64,000 bases of DNA, taken from contig JAQTQO010000001.1 in assembly GCA_028712155.1 (NCBI GenBank), positions 1,501 through 65,500 of the forward strand. Reading direction: 5' to 3'. The notes beneath the pieces were generated by a model. It saw nothing but the letters and a program-made list of their open reading frames with translations, did not search any database and was not told where the DNA came from. Within the stretch, counting starts at the first letter, position 1. The number at the start of each line of letters is the position of its first letter. This document shows, piece by piece, positions 39,507 through 49,911 of this stretch. The position numbers were made by a program, and so were the translations under genes. The DNA is from Patescibacteria group bacterium. GTDB lineage: Bacteria; Patescibacteriota; Patescibacteriia; Buchananbacterales; GWA2-38-13.

Positions 39507-40853
39507 ATGGGTTTCAATCTCAATGAATTTGCCGATGTAGCAGCGCAAAATCCATTTGTGCTGATCGGGTGGTTTCTCGCCCACGGTGGGTGGGTTTTTT
39601 TGTTGCCGTGGGCGGTGTGGGTGGCGACGGTGATGTGGCTGGAATGGCGGCGGGGGATTTACGATTCCCAGCGCGAATTTGTCGTACTGGCCGTTGATAT
39701 TCCGCGCACCAACGAGCAGACGCCGCGGGCTATCGAGCAGTTGTTCTCGCATTTTTCCGGCATGCACAACGATCCGCAAAAAGAGGATAAGTGGATCGCC
39801 GGCGAAATGGAAGAAAGCATTGGTCTTGAGATCGTGAGCTTCGGCGGCTATATTCAATTTCTCATCCACCTGAACGTCAAATTCCGCGATCTGGTCGAGG
39901 GGGCGATCTACGCGCAGTATCCGGAGGCGGAAATCGCCGAGGTGGAGGATTACGCGATGCGTTTCAAGGGCATCAAATTTCCTAATGATCAGTTTGACGT
40001 CTGGGGCGGCGAGCTGCGCATGACCAATAAACAATACTACCCGATTAAAACCTACCGTGAGTTCGAGGATATGGTTTCCGGCGAATTCAAGGACCCGATG
40101 GCGAGCATCCTGGAAATTTTCAGCAAGATGACGCCGGATGAGCAGGCGTGGTATCAAATTGTTATCACTCCGGCCAACAATAATTGGGGCGAGCCCGGAA
40201 TGGAACTGGTGTACAAACTCATCGGCGCTAAAGTATCAAAAAAGAAAAAAATTTGGGAGAGCCTTATCGACGCGCCGTTGAACATTATCAGCATGTTCGG
40301 GGACATCATTTCCGGCACGTGGGGCGTAGCCGCCCAGGAGCAACCGGCGACGCTCATCCCGATGAGCCAGATGTTGCACCTCCCGCCCGGCAAGCGCACG
40401 GTCGTTGAAGCAGTGGAGCGGAAAATTTCCAAAATCGGTTTTCATACCCGCATCCGGTTGGTTTACATCGCGCGGAAACATGCGTTCAATAAAGCGACGC
40501 GTTCCAGCGCGCTGTTCGGCGCGATCAAGCAATTCAATACGCTGGATATGAACGGGTTCAAGCCAAACAAGAAAAAATTCACCAAAGTGTATGGCCTGTT
40601 CAAAAAACCGCGCATTAATATCCGAAAGAATAAGGTCATGCGCTGGTATCGGATGCGTGCGCGGCAGTACGAACCGGGGTACTATGGGCCGATTTTGAAT
40701 ATCGAAGAATTGGCCGGCTTATGGCATTTCCCGCTGATGACGGTAAAGGTGCCCACGCTCCAGCGGACGGAAGCCAAGCGCGCGGAGCCGCCGGTAACCT
40801 TGCCCATCGCGCCATACCGTGAAGGTGAGCCGCCGGTCGACCAACTTGTATGA
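39507..40853 (+). CDS. Bitopic membrane protein of unknown function, translationally coupled to the downstream ATPase
   Basis: Start at ATG 39507, with GGGGAG 7 nt upstream. The N-terminus has two hydrophobic helices, followed by a large soluble domain with a Lys-rich C-terminus. The stop overlaps the next ATG (ATGA at 40850). Confidence 0.6.
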   Translation: MGFNLNEFADVAAQNPFVLIGWFLAHGGWVFLLPWAVWVATVMWLEWRRGIYDSQREFVVLAVDIPRTNEQTPRAIEQLFSHFSGMHNDPQKEDKWIAGEMEESIGLEIVSFGGYIQFLIHLNVKFRDLVEGAIYAQYPEAEIAEVEDYAMRFKGIKFPNDQFDVWGGELRMTNKQYYPIKTYREFEDMVSGEFKDPMASILEIFSKMTPDEQAWYQIVITPANNNWGEPGMELVYKLIGAKVSKKKKIWESLIDAPLNIISMFGDIISGTWGVAAQEQPATLIPMSQMLHLPPGKRTVVEAVERKISKIGFHTRIRLVYIARKHAFNKATRSSALFGAIKQFNTLDMNGFKPNKKKFTKVYGLFKKPRINIRKNKVMRWYRMRARQYEPGYYGPILNIEELAGLWHFPLMTVKVPTLQRTEAKRAEPPVTLPIAPYREGEPPVDQLV

Positions 40854-42727
40854 CGAATCCGGAAAACGATCGCATCGTGTATTTCGGCATTACCAACTTC
40901 CGCAACCAGCGGTTGAAGTTTGGCATAAAAAAAGACGACCGGCGCCGTCACATGTACCTGATCGGGAAAACCGGCATGGGCAAATCCACGGTGCTGGAAA
41001 ATATGGTCGTCCAGGATATTTTGAACGGCGAGGGAGTCGCCGTGGTGGATCCGCACGGCGATTTCGCCGAGAAAATCATTAAGTTCATTCCCAACCACCG
41101 CATCAACGACGTCGTCTATTTTAACCCTTCCGACATCGATTTTCCCATCTCGTTCAACGTGATGGAATCGGTGGATGAGCAGCACAAGCACCTCATTGCA
41201 TCCGGCCTGGTTGGCGTGTTCAAAAAACTCTGGGCGGACTCCTGGGGGCCCCGGCTGGAATACGTGCTGCGCAATGCGATTCTGGCGCTCCTGGATTACC
41301 CGGGCAGCACACTGCTTGGCGTCATGCGTATTCTGGTAGACAAGAATTATCGGAAGAAAGTCATCGCGAAAATCAAAGACCCGGTGGTGCGGTCGTTTTG
41401 GGTGGACGAGTACTCGAAGTACCCCGACCGTTTTCAGGCCGAAGCGATCGCCCCGATTCAAAATAAAGTCGGGCAGTTCTTGTCAACCGCGCTGATCCGC
41501 AACATCGTCGGCCAGGTCAGGTCCAGCATTGACATTCGCGAGGTCATGGACCATCAAAAAATTCTCATCCTTAATTTGTCCAAGGGGCGGCTCGGTGAAG
41601 ACGCATCGGCTTTGATGGGCGCGATGATGATCACCAAAATCCAGCTGGCGGCGATGAGCCGCATCGACCTGCCGGAGGATGAGCGCAAGGATTTCTACCT
41701 CTACGTCGACGAGTTCCAGAATTTCGCCACGGAAAGTTTCGCGAACATTCTCTCCGAGGCCCGCAAATACCGTCTCAACCTGATTATCGCTCACCAATAC
41801 ATCGAGCAAGTCGAAGAGAATGTTCAGGCGGCGGTACTGGGCAACGTCGGTACCATCATGGCGTTTCGCATCGGCGCCGCCGACTCCGAGTTGCTGGCCA
41901 AGGAATTCGCGCCCTATTTCGACGAAGAGGACGTCGTGAACCTGGCCAAATACGACATTTACCTCAAGCTGATGATCGACGGCGTCGCATCAAACCCGTT
42001 TTCCGCCACGACACTCCCGCCGATCGAGAAATGGGCCAAACCCTCGGGAAACGTCGATAAGATCGTCCAGGTGACGCGCGAACGGTACGGCAAGCCGCGT
42101 GAGATCGTGGAGGATAAGATTGCCCGTTGGAGCGGCATGGTGGGGGAGGGCGAAGAACGGGAAGCATCGGATGAGGACGCCGAACCGGCACCGCGTTTGA
42201 AGGTGGTCGAGCCGCGGATTTTCAGGCCGGTTACCCTTGTGCCGTCTGCCGAGACGGGAAAACATCCGGCGCCGACGCCGGTTGCACCGACCAAAGACGA
42301 GCGCAAGCCTGCGGCCGCGAACCGCTTTACCGTTGATTGCTACGAGTGCGGTGCGCAGGTCGAAGTGAACTTCAAGCCTGACGGTATCCGGCCCGTTTAC
42401 TGCAAGCGTTGTTTTAAGGAAATTCGTGAACGTTCGTTGCGGAAGGAATCGGCCGCCCCGGAAGCGGTTCAACCGCCGGTGGCGGAAATGAGCCTGGCCG
42501 ACGCGCTCCGGTCCAAACCCGTCCCGATCAGCGCCACGCGCCGCCGCACGCACAGCGAAGAGCGGCCGGAGTCAGACGCAAGCATGGCATCCGCAGCGGC
42601 ACCGACGCCCGATGAAAGTGCCGGTACAGAAACCGACGTCACCGTGAAAGAGGAGACGTCGCGTCCCCGGAAAGATTTTTCGCACCCGCAGATTCTGTCG
42701 CCCCGCCGGATCGTACGGTTCAATTAA
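40850..42727 (+). CDS. VirD4/TraD-like (type IV coupling protein family) P-loop ATPase with C-terminal CxxC-x17-CxxC zinc ribbon and disordered tail
   Basis: Walker A LIGKTGMGKST, a T4CP-like DPHGDF motif, and Walker B LYVDEFQNF. Zinc ribbon CYECGAQ…CKRC at 42338-42415. Confidence 0.7.
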   Translation: MTNPENDRIVYFGITNFRNQRLKFGIKKDDRRRHMYLIGKTGMGKSTVLENMVVQDILNGEGVAVVDPHGDFAEKIIKFIPNHRINDVVYFNPSDIDFPISFNVMESVDEQHKHLIASGLVGVFKKLWADSWGPRLEYVLRNAILALLDYPGSTLLGVMRILVDKNYRKKVIAKIKDPVVRSFWVDEYSKYPDRFQAEAIAPIQNKVGQFLSTALIRNIVGQVRSSIDIREVMDHQKILILNLSKGRLGEDASALMGAMMITKIQLAAMSRIDLPEDERKDFYLYVDEFQNFATESFANILSEARKYRLNLIIAHQYIEQVEENVQAAVLGNVGTIMAFRIGAADSELLAKEFAPYFDEEDVVNLAKYDIYLKLMIDGVASNPFSATTLPPIEKWAKPSGNVDKIVQVTRERYGKPREIVEDKIARWSGMVGEGEEREASDEDAEPAPRLKVVEPRIFRPVTLVPSAETGKHPAPTPVAPTKDERKPAAANRFTVDCYECGAQVEVNFKPDGIRPVYCKRCFKEIRERSLRKESAAPEAVQPPVAEMSLADALRSKPVPISATRRRTHSEERPESDASMASAAAPTPDESAGTETDVTVKEETSRPRKDFSHPQILSPRRIVRFN

Positions 42728-42782
42728 AGTATTTTGGGCGCATCGTCGTCCGACCGGACGATTTTTTTGTGTTGCTGAATGT

Positions 42783-42810
42783 TTGACAGACGCAAAAAAG
42801 CTTCGTATGA
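42783..42810 (+). promoter_or_regulatory. Sigma70-like promoter for ugd; likely leaderless or short-leader transcript
   Basis: TTGACA at 42783-88, a 16-nt spacer, then TATGAT at 42805-10; the ATG lies at 42819. Confidence 0.45.
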
Positions 42811-42818
42811 TTTGTAGC

Positions 42819-44144
42819 ATGGATAAAAAATTTAAACCCATCCGCATCGGGATTATCGGCGCCGGGTACGTCGGGTTGACCACCGGCGTCTGTTTTAGCG
42901 ATATCGGCCACCAAGTCCTATGCGCCGATTCCGATTCTTCCAAACTTGAACGGCTGCGGCAGGGGGAATCGCCGTTTTTTGAGCCTGGGCTGGAAGAGTT
43001 GCTGCGCAAAAATGTCGCTTCCGGGCGCCTGCGGTTCATCAGCGATAACACGGAACTCGTCGCCAATTCCGACGTCATTTTTATCTGCGTCAATACGCCG
43101 CCGAAAAGCGACGGCCGCGCGGACCTGCGCTATGTCGAGCAAGTGGCAAAAGAAATCGCATTTGCACTGCCGGACGAGTACCGTTTGATCGTTGACAAGA
43201 GCACCGTCCCGGTGCACACGGCCGAAAAGGTGACGGAGACCATCCGTCGCTACCGGCCGGACGCCAAGTCCTTCGACGTCGTTTCCAACCCCGAATTCCT
43301 TCGCGAAGGAAGCGCGATTGAGGATACCATGCGACCGGATCGCATCGTCGTCGGCGCCTCCAGCGATCGGGCGCGACAGCTCATGCGCGAAGTATATCAG
43401 CCGATACTCAACCAGACGAAAGCCGAGCTGTGCGAGGTGTCTATCCGCAGCGCCGAGCTCATCAAACATGGCGCCAATACGCTGCTGGCGACAAAAATTT
43501 CGTTTGCCAACCTGATTGCCGATGCGTGTGAGAATGTCGGCGCGAATGCCAGCGAGGTACTGCACGGCATCGGCATTGACCGGCGGATCGGCGAAGCGTT
43601 CCTGAAGCCGGGCATCGGATTCGGCGGGAGCTGCTTTCCGAAAGATATCGCGGCATTTCGACACACGCTCCAGACGGTCGGCGTCAGCCCGGCGCTGGTG
43701 ACCGCAGTGGAAGAGATCAACGATACGGCGTACCGGCGGTTTCTGCAGCGCATCGAACGGGTGCTGTGGGTATTGGACGGTAAGCGCATCTGCGTCCTGG
43801 GGTTGAGCTTCAAAGCCAACACCGATGATTTACGCAACGCCCCTTCACTGAGGATCATCCGCGCGCTCCTCAAGGAAGGCGCCGTCGTTTCCGCCTATGA
43901 TCCGAAGGCGCGGGCAAAAGCGCAGCATGCGGTGCCCGAGGTAAAATACGCGGACAACCCGTATGCAGCGGCGGAAGGCAGCGAAGCGATCGTCGTCTGC
44001 ACGGAATGGGATGAATTTACTCAACTCGATTTGCCCCGGCTGCGAAAACTCGTTTTGATGCCGATTATTTTTGACGGACGTAACGTCATCAACCGTGCCT
44101 CGGCTGAGGCGGCGGGCTTTACCTACTACGGGGTCGGCCACTAA
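42819..44144 (+). CDS. ugd: UDP-glucose 6-dehydrogenase
   Basis: N-terminus MDKKFKPIRIGIIGAGYVGLTTG…, …NPEFLREGSAI…, and catalytic GGSCFPKD. Confidence 0.85.
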   Translation: MDKKFKPIRIGIIGAGYVGLTTGVCFSDIGHQVLCADSDSSKLERLRQGESPFFEPGLEELLRKNVASGRLRFISDNTELVANSDVIFICVNTPPKSDGRADLRYVEQVAKEIAFALPDEYRLIVDKSTVPVHTAEKVTETIRRYRPDAKSFDVVSNPEFLREGSAIEDTMRPDRIVVGASSDRARQLMREVYQPILNQTKAELCEVSIRSAELIKHGANTLLATKISFANLIADACENVGANASEVLHGIGIDRRIGEAFLKPGIGFGGSCFPKDIAAFRHTLQTVGVSPALVTAVEEINDTAYRRFLQRIERVLWVLDGKRICVLGLSFKANTDDLRNAPSLRIIRALLKEGAVVSAYDPKARAKAQHAVPEVKYADNPYAAAEGSEAIVVCTEWDEFTQLDLPRLRKLVLMPIIFDGRNVINRASAEAAGFTYYGVGH

Positions 44145-44269
44145 ACGCCCCAAGCGACGAAAAGGGAGGGGAATGTGAAGAAAAATTGCATAACGAAATC
44201 CGGTTACCCGGCCAAATAAGGTTACCGGGTATTTGTGGTATTATTTATTCAATAATTCTCGGCATTGTA

Positions 44270-44298
44270 TTGACAATTTCCAGGCGGGGGTATATGAT
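44270..44298 (+). promoter_or_regulatory. Consensus sigma70 promoter for clpB
   Basis: TTGACA at 44270-75, a 17-nt spacer, then TATGAT at 44293-98. Confidence 0.6.
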
Positions 44299-44299
44299 A

Positions 44300-44326
44300 T
44301 TAGCACTCGTAAATAGAGAGTGCTAA
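44300..44326 (+). promoter_or_regulatory. CIRCE operator (HrcA binding site) overlapping the clpB transcription start
   Basis: TTAGCACTC-GTAAATAGA-GAGTGCTAA, a perfect match to the CIRCE consensus TTAGCACTC-N9-GAGTGCTAA. Confidence 0.8.
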
Positions 44327-44345
44327 TGCCAGAGAGGCAACCGAA

Positions 44346-46967
44346 TTGACTATGGATCCGTCGAAATTTACCTACAAAGTCCAAGAGGCGCTGCAGCGGA
44401 CCGTGCAGTTCACCACCGAGCTTGGACAGCAGCAAATTACCGTGCCCCACCTCCTGTACGTTCTGGTGGAGCAATCGGACAGCATTGTCCCGGCCGTGCT
44501 CAAAAAACTGGAGATTGACCTCGCGGCGCTCAAAGAGCGCCTGCTTGAAGCGGCCAAAAAAATGCCGACCGTGAACGGTCTGGTGGTGACGCCGTATCTG
44601 ACGACCGAATTCAACGTGGTATTAGGCCGGTGCGAACGCATCGCAAAATCATTGGGCGATGAATATGTCTCGACCGAACACCTGCTGCTCGGCATCACCG
44701 AAGTGAATTCCGAGGCGAAGACGATCCTGGGTGATTTTGGCGTGACGCATGAGCGCGTCATGAACGTATTGAAAGAGGTGCGGGGGAGCCACCGGGTCGT
44801 CGACATGGACCCCGAAAGCAAATACCAGGCGGTGCGCAAGTACGCCACGAATTTGAACGAACTGGCGCGTAACGGCAAGCTCGATCCGGTGATCGGACGC
44901 GACCGTGAGATCCGCCGGATCATGCAGGTGATTACGCGGAAAAAGAAGAATAATCCGGTGCTCATCGGCGAACCGGGTACCGGAAAGACCGCGATCGTGG
45001 AAGGGTTATCCCAGCGGATCGTCAAAGGTGACGTTCCCGAAAGCCTCAAAGATAAGGAAATTCTGAATCTGGATATCGGTTCGATTTTGGCCGGGTCGAA
45101 ATTCCGCGGTGAATTTGAAGACCGCTTGAAAGCGGTCCTGAAAGAGATCGAGGATGCGGAGGGCAAATTTATCCTGTTTGTCGACGAACTGCACGTCATC
45201 GTCGGCGCCGGCGGCGCGGAAGGTGCGATCGACGCGGCCAACCTTTTGAAACCGGCGTTGGCCCGCGGCAGCTTGCGGATGATCGGCGCCACGACGCTGA
45301 AGGAGTACCAACGTTACGTGGAAAAGGACGCCGCGCTCGAGCGGCGGTTCCAACCGGTTTTTGTCGGCGAACCGACCCTGGAGGATACCATCGCGATTTT
45401 GCGCGGGATCAAGGAAAAGTATGAACTGCACCATGGCATTAAAATCACCGATGGCGCGTTGATCGCGGCCGCCAAGTTATCCCAGCGCTACATTACCGAT
45501 CGGTTTTTACCCGACAAGGCGATTGATCTGGTGGATGAGGCGGCGTCGGGCTTGCGGTTGGTGATCGATTCGATGCCCGATGACCTGGATGTGTTGAAGC
45601 GCAAGATCATTCAGCTGAAAATTGAAAAAGAGGCGTTGAAAAAGGAGGGCGGAGCGTCGTCAAAGCCGCTGGCCGAGGTGAAGGCAAAACTCGCGAATAC
45701 TGAGGAGCAGGCACGGCAGATCGAGATTCACTGGCGGGCCGAGAAGGAACTCATTAACCAGATCAAGCAGGCGCGCGAGGATATCGATAAACTCAAGATG
45801 AAAGCCGAACGGTATGAGCGCCAGGGCGAACTTCAGCAGGTGGCGGAAATCAAGTACGCCGGGTTACCCGGACTGGAGAAAAAGATCACCGAACTCACGA
45901 GTAAGCTCAACCGGCTGCAAGCCGAACGACAGATCATCAAGGAAACCGTGACCGAAACGGATATCGCGGGCGTGGTTTCGCGCTGGACGGGAATTCCGGT
46001 GGACAAGATGCTGGAAAGCGAGTCGAAGAAACTTGCCCGCATGGAGGAAATGTTGCGGCGGCGCGTGGTCGGTCAGGACCAGGCGATCGCGGCAGTTTCC
46101 AACGCGGTCCGGCGGTCGCGCGCCGGGATCGCCGAAGAGTACCGGCCGATCGGCACGTTCCTGTTTCTCGGTCCCACGGGCGTCGGCAAAACGGAACTGG
46201 CGAAAGCCGTCGCGGAGTTTCTCTTCGATGACGAACGGGCGCTTGTTCGGGTTGATATGTCCGAATACATGGAACGGCACTCGGTGGCTAAAATTACCGG
46301 TTCACCGCCGGGGTACGTCGGTTACGAGGAAGGCGGACAGCTGACGGAGATCATCCGCCGACGGCCGTATGCGGTCATCCTGCTCGACGAAATCGAAAAA
46401 GCACACCCGGATGTGTTCAACTTGCTGCTGCAGATTCTTGACGAAGGTCGTTTGACCGATGCGAAAGGGCGCGTCGTGAATTTCAAAAACACCGTGGTCA
46501 TCATGACGTCAAATCTCGGATCGGACATCATTCACGAGTACGCGCTCGGCTTTACCACCGAACGCCGGTCCGCCGGCATCAATCAGCAGGAGATGGAAGA
46601 TCGCATCCAGGATATGTTGCGCCGGACGTTTAAACCGGAATTTCTCAACCGGCTGGATGCCAGTATCACATTCCATGCGCTCGGACATCGGGAGATCCGT
46701 CAGATTATCGATCTGCAGTTGCGGCAGGTCAGCGAACGCCTTGCCCAGCAGGGGATTACGGTCGGGTTTAGCGAGCGCCTGAAAGATTACCTGGCCAAGA
46801 AGGGTTTTGATCCGGCATTCGGCGCCCGGCCGCTCAAACGCCTGATCCAGCAAAAAATTCTTGACGAATTAGCGCTGGGAATCGTTGAGGGCCGGTTGAA
46901 GGAGGGCCAACATCTGACCGTCGATGAACGAAAAGGAAAAGTCGTTACCGCGCCGACAAAATCGTAA
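44346..46967 (+). CDS. clpB: Chaperone disaggregase ClpB
   Basis: The 873-aa protein has two AAA domains (GEPGTGKT; GPTGVGKT), a long coiled-coil M-domain, and no ClpP loop. Confidence 0.9.
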   Translation: MTMDPSKFTYKVQEALQRTVQFTTELGQQQITVPHLLYVLVEQSDSIVPAVLKKLEIDLAALKERLLEAAKKMPTVNGLVVTPYLTTEFNVVLGRCERIAKSLGDEYVSTEHLLLGITEVNSEAKTILGDFGVTHERVMNVLKEVRGSHRVVDMDPESKYQAVRKYATNLNELARNGKLDPVIGRDREIRRIMQVITRKKKNNPVLIGEPGTGKTAIVEGLSQRIVKGDVPESLKDKEILNLDIGSILAGSKFRGEFEDRLKAVLKEIEDAEGKFILFVDELHVIVGAGGAEGAIDAANLLKPALARGSLRMIGATTLKEYQRYVEKDAALERRFQPVFVGEPTLEDTIAILRGIKEKYELHHGIKITDGALIAAAKLSQRYITDRFLPDKAIDLVDEAASGLRLVIDSMPDDLDVLKRKIIQLKIEKEALKKEGGASSKPLAEVKAKLANTEEQARQIEIHWRAEKELINQIKQAREDIDKLKMKAERYERQGELQQVAEIKYAGLPGLEKKITELTSKLNRLQAERQIIKETVTETDIAGVVSRWTGIPVDKMLESESKKLARMEEMLRRRVVGQDQAIAAVSNAVRRSRAGIAEEYRPIGTFLFLGPTGVGKTELAKAVAEFLFDDERALVRVDMSEYMERHSVAKITGSPPGYVGYEEGGQLTEIIRRRPYAVILLDEIEKAHPDVFNLLLQILDEGRLTDAKGRVVNFKNTVVIMTSNLGSDIIHEYALGFTTERRSAGINQQEMEDRIQDMLRRTFKPEFLNRLDASITFHALGHREIRQIIDLQLRQVSERLAQQGITVGFSERLKDYLAKKGFDPAFGARPLKRLIQQKILDELALGIVEGRLKEGQHLTVDERKGKVVTAPTKS

Positions 46968-46980
46968 CCGCATACATGAG

Positions 46981-47011
46981 GCCGCCGGGATTTTCCCCGG
47001 CGGCTTTTTTT
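46981..47011 (+). terminator. Intrinsic terminator after clpB
   Basis: GCCGCCGGG-ATTTTC-CCCGGCGGC followed by TTTTTTT. Confidence 0.8.
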
Positions 47012-47067
47012 GGTATTTTAGCGTTTGACGAAGCAGCAAATTTTCCGTAGTTTATGAGTACTCGCTT

Positions 47068-48141
47068 ATGCCAAAAAAGCAGCCCTGGAAAGTAGCCGTT
47101 GCGATGTCGGGCGGCGTTGACTCTTCAGTCGCCGCCGCGTTGCTCGTCGAACAAGGGTATTCGGTGATGGGGGCTTACATGAAAAATTTTTCCACCGAAT
47201 CATGGCGCGGAACGCTGCAAACGGAATGCCCGTGGGAAAAAGATGTCGCCGATGCCGAGGCGGTCTGCCGTAAGCTGGGAATACCGTTTCGGACGTTCAA
47301 TTTTGAGCGCGAATACCGCCGGGCGGTATTGAATAATTTTTTCGACGAATACCGGCGGGGCCGTACGCCGAACCCGGATGTGCGCTGTAATCGGGAGATT
47401 AAATTCGGAAGTTTTCTTGCCGCCGTACGCCATTTGGGGTATGCGCACATGGCAACCGGCCACTACGCGCGCATCGTCAACGGTCAACTGCAAAAAGGCG
47501 TCGATGCCGCCAAAGACCAGTCGTATTTTCTCTATGTGCTCACCTCCCGGCAATTAGCGCACACGCTGTTCCCGATCGGCGGTTACACAAAAGACCGCAT
47601 CCGCCAGCTTGCCCGCCGATGGAAATTGCCCACCGCCGATAAAAAAGATTCCCAAGGCATTTGTTTCGTGGGACCGGTCAAACTCCGGGAATTTTTAGCA
47701 CAGGAAATTCCGCACCGCCGCGGTTTGGTCGTGGATACCGATGGGCACAAACTTGGATATCATGACGGGGTCTGGTACTATACAATCGGGCAGCGGCATG
47801 GCATCGGTATTGCCGGTCCCAAACCCTACTACGTCGTAGACAGAAACGCCGCTACCAACACGCTGGTGGTGGCGGCCGGGCGGCAACACCCCGCACTCTA
47901 CCGGCAAGACATTCGACTCAGTCGTCTCCACTGGATCGGCATACGCCCGAAACTGCCGTTGACGTGCCGCGCAAAGATCCGCTATCAACAGAACGACCAA
48001 GCCTGCGTGGTACGGCAGACGCGGCTTGGCACGATCGCGCATTTTCGCCGGCCGCAGTTTGCGGTCGCGCCGGGCCAAGCCGTGGTGCTGTATCGCGGGA
48101 GCCTGGTGCTCGGCGGCGGAATCGCCTCGTCGTTTGCGTAA
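47068..48141 (+). CDS. mnmA: tRNA-specific 2-thiouridylase MnmA
   Basis: PP-loop VAVAMSGGVDSSV and the MnmA core. Confidence 0.85.
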   Translation: MPKKQPWKVAVAMSGGVDSSVAAALLVEQGYSVMGAYMKNFSTESWRGTLQTECPWEKDVADAEAVCRKLGIPFRTFNFEREYRRAVLNNFFDEYRRGRTPNPDVRCNREIKFGSFLAAVRHLGYAHMATGHYARIVNGQLQKGVDAAKDQSYFLYVLTSRQLAHTLFPIGGYTKDRIRQLARRWKLPTADKKDSQGICFVGPVKLREFLAQEIPHRRGLVVDTDGHKLGYHDGVWYYTIGQRHGIGIAGPKPYYVVDRNAATNTLVVAAGRQHPALYRQDIRLSRLHWIGIRPKLPLTCRAKIRYQQNDQACVVRQTRLGTIAHFRRPQFAVAPGQAVVLYRGSLVLGGGIASSFA

Positions 48142-48153
48142 ATCTTACCGTTT

Positions 48154-49911
48154 ATGACCAGCCAGGAATTGATTACGAAATTTCTCCAATTTTTTCGCGC
48201 CAAGCAGCACGCCCGCATGCCGGGCGCTTCGCTGATACCGGAAAACGACCCGACGGTTTTGTTTACGACGGCCGGCATGCATCCGCTCGTGCCGTATCTT
48301 TTAGGGCAGCCGCATCCGTTGGGCAAGCGCTTGTGCGACGTACAGCCATGCCTGCGCACCAGCGACATCGATGAAGTCGGTGACTTAACCCATCATACGT
48401 TTTTCGAGATGCTGGGGAATTGGTCGCTTGGCGGATATTTTAAAGAAGAAGCGATCGCATTAAGCTGGGAGTTTTTGACTGCGCCCGAAAATCTTGGGAT
48501 ACCGCGGGAACGGCTTGCGGTGAGCGTGTTCGCCGGCGACCAGGACGCGCCGCGTGACGAGGAATCCGCACGTCTTTGGCAGCAGTGCGGCGTGCCGCTT
48601 GACCGGATAGCCTATTTGCCGAAAGCCGATAACTGGTGGGGACCGGCCGGCGTCACCGGACCGTGCGGACCGGATACGGAGATGTTCTACTGGACCGGCG
48701 AAGAACCGGCGCCGTCAAAGTTTGATCCGACCGATAAGCGCTGGGTGGAGATCTGGAATGACGTATTCATGCAATACCGTAAAACGGAAAACGGGACCTA
48801 TGAACCCCTGCAGCAGAAAAATGTGGATACCGGCATGGGGGTGGAACGAACGGTCGCAGTCCTCAACGGATACGGGAACGTGTACGAAATCGATACCATC
48901 GCCCCCGTGATGGCGGCGATTCGCAGTCGGGCTATCCGGGCCGACGAACGGGCGGTCCGGATAGTCGCCGATCATCTTTTGGCGGCGGCGATGATCCTGG
49001 CAGACCCGGCAGGCGTGACCCCGTCCAACGTCGAGCGCGGATACATTCTGCGGCGGCTGATTCGCCGGGCAATCCGCTACGGCAATGCGCTGGGCATGCC
49101 GTCACCGTTCACGGCTGACCTCGCGTCGCTTTATCGCCACGGGTACGGGGAGCGTTACCCGGCGCTGATGGAGCGGGCCAATGTGATATCCGAACAACTG
49201 AATCTCGAAGAAGAGCGGTTCGTGGCGACACTCGCACGCGGGATGAAAAAACTGACCCAGCGCTTCGGTCAATCGGGCAGCGGGGCCGTCATCTCGGGTG
49301 CGGATGCGTTTGACCTGTTCCAGACGTACGGTTTTCCCGTTGAACTTGTGGAAGAAGTCGCCCGGGAACGCGGCTGGACGGTCGATCGGAAAGGCTTTGA
49401 TGCGGCGATGCAGCGGCACCAGGAACAGTCGCGTACGGCGTCGGCCGGGCGATTCCGTTCGGGGCTCGCGGATACCACGGAACAGACGACCAAATTGCAT
49501 ACTGCCACCCATCTCTTGCACGCCGCATTGCGAAGGGTGCTGGGAAATCACGTCCAGCAGAAAGGGAGTAACATTACCGCCGAACGCCTGCGTTTCGATT
49601 TTTCTCATACGGCAAAAATGACCAGTGAAGAAATCCGGCAGGTGGAAACGCTCGTCAACGAGCAAATCGCCCGTGCCTTGCCGGTGACCGTTAAGGAAAT
49701 GACGCCCGCGGAAGCGGAACAAGACGGGGCACTGGGTTTTTTTGGCCATAAATACGCGGCGCGCGTGACGGTCTACACGGTCGGAGACTTCAGCAAGGAA
49801 ATTTGCGCCGGTCCGCACGTGCAAAACACTGCCGTACTCGGGCAGTTCAAAATCATCAAAGAAGAGGCATCCTCGGCCGGAGTGCGGCGCATAAAAGCAA
49901 CCGTACAATAA
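48154..49911 (+). CDS. alaS: Alanyl-tRNA synthetase, short form (catalytic + tRNA-binding + editing domains, no C-Ala domain)
   Basis: …HTFFEMLGNWSLGGYFK… class-II AlaRS motif and the editing HTATHLLHAAL…; only 585 aa. Confidence 0.8.
   Translation: MTSQELITKFLQFFRAKQHARMPGASLIPENDPTVLFTTAGMHPLVPYLLGQPHPLGKRLCDVQPCLRTSDIDEVGDLTHHTFFEMLGNWSLGGYFKEEAIALSWEFLTAPENLGIPRERLAVSVFAGDQDAPRDEESARLWQQCGVPLDRIAYLPKADNWWGPAGVTGPCGPDTEMFYWTGEEPAPSKFDPTDKRWVEIWNDVFMQYRKTENGTYEPLQQKNVDTGMGVERTVAVLNGYGNVYEIDTIAPVMAAIRSRAIRADERAVRIVADHLLAAAMILADPAGVTPSNVERGYILRRLIRRAIRYGNALGMPSPFTADLASLYRHGYGERYPALMERANVISEQLNLEEERFVATLARGMKKLTQRFGQSGSGAVISGADAFDLFQTYGFPVELVEEVARERGWTVDRKGFDAAMQRHQEQSRTASAGRFRSGLADTTEQTTKLHTATHLLHAALRRVLGNHVQQKGSNITAERLRFDFSHTAKMTSEEIRQVETLVNEQIARALPVTVKEMTPAEAEQDGALGFFGHKYAARVTVYTVGDFSKEICAGPHVQNTAVLGQFKIIKEEASSAGVRRIKATVQ

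Noticed and set aside
40850-42727. Interpretation of the coupling-protein-like ATPase as part of an integrated conjugative element or plasmid
   Set aside because: No relaxase, VirB4/VirB11, pilin, integrase, oriT-like repeats or compositional shift are present. The flanks are secDF, ugd and clpB with normal GC, so it is treated as a chromosomal system.
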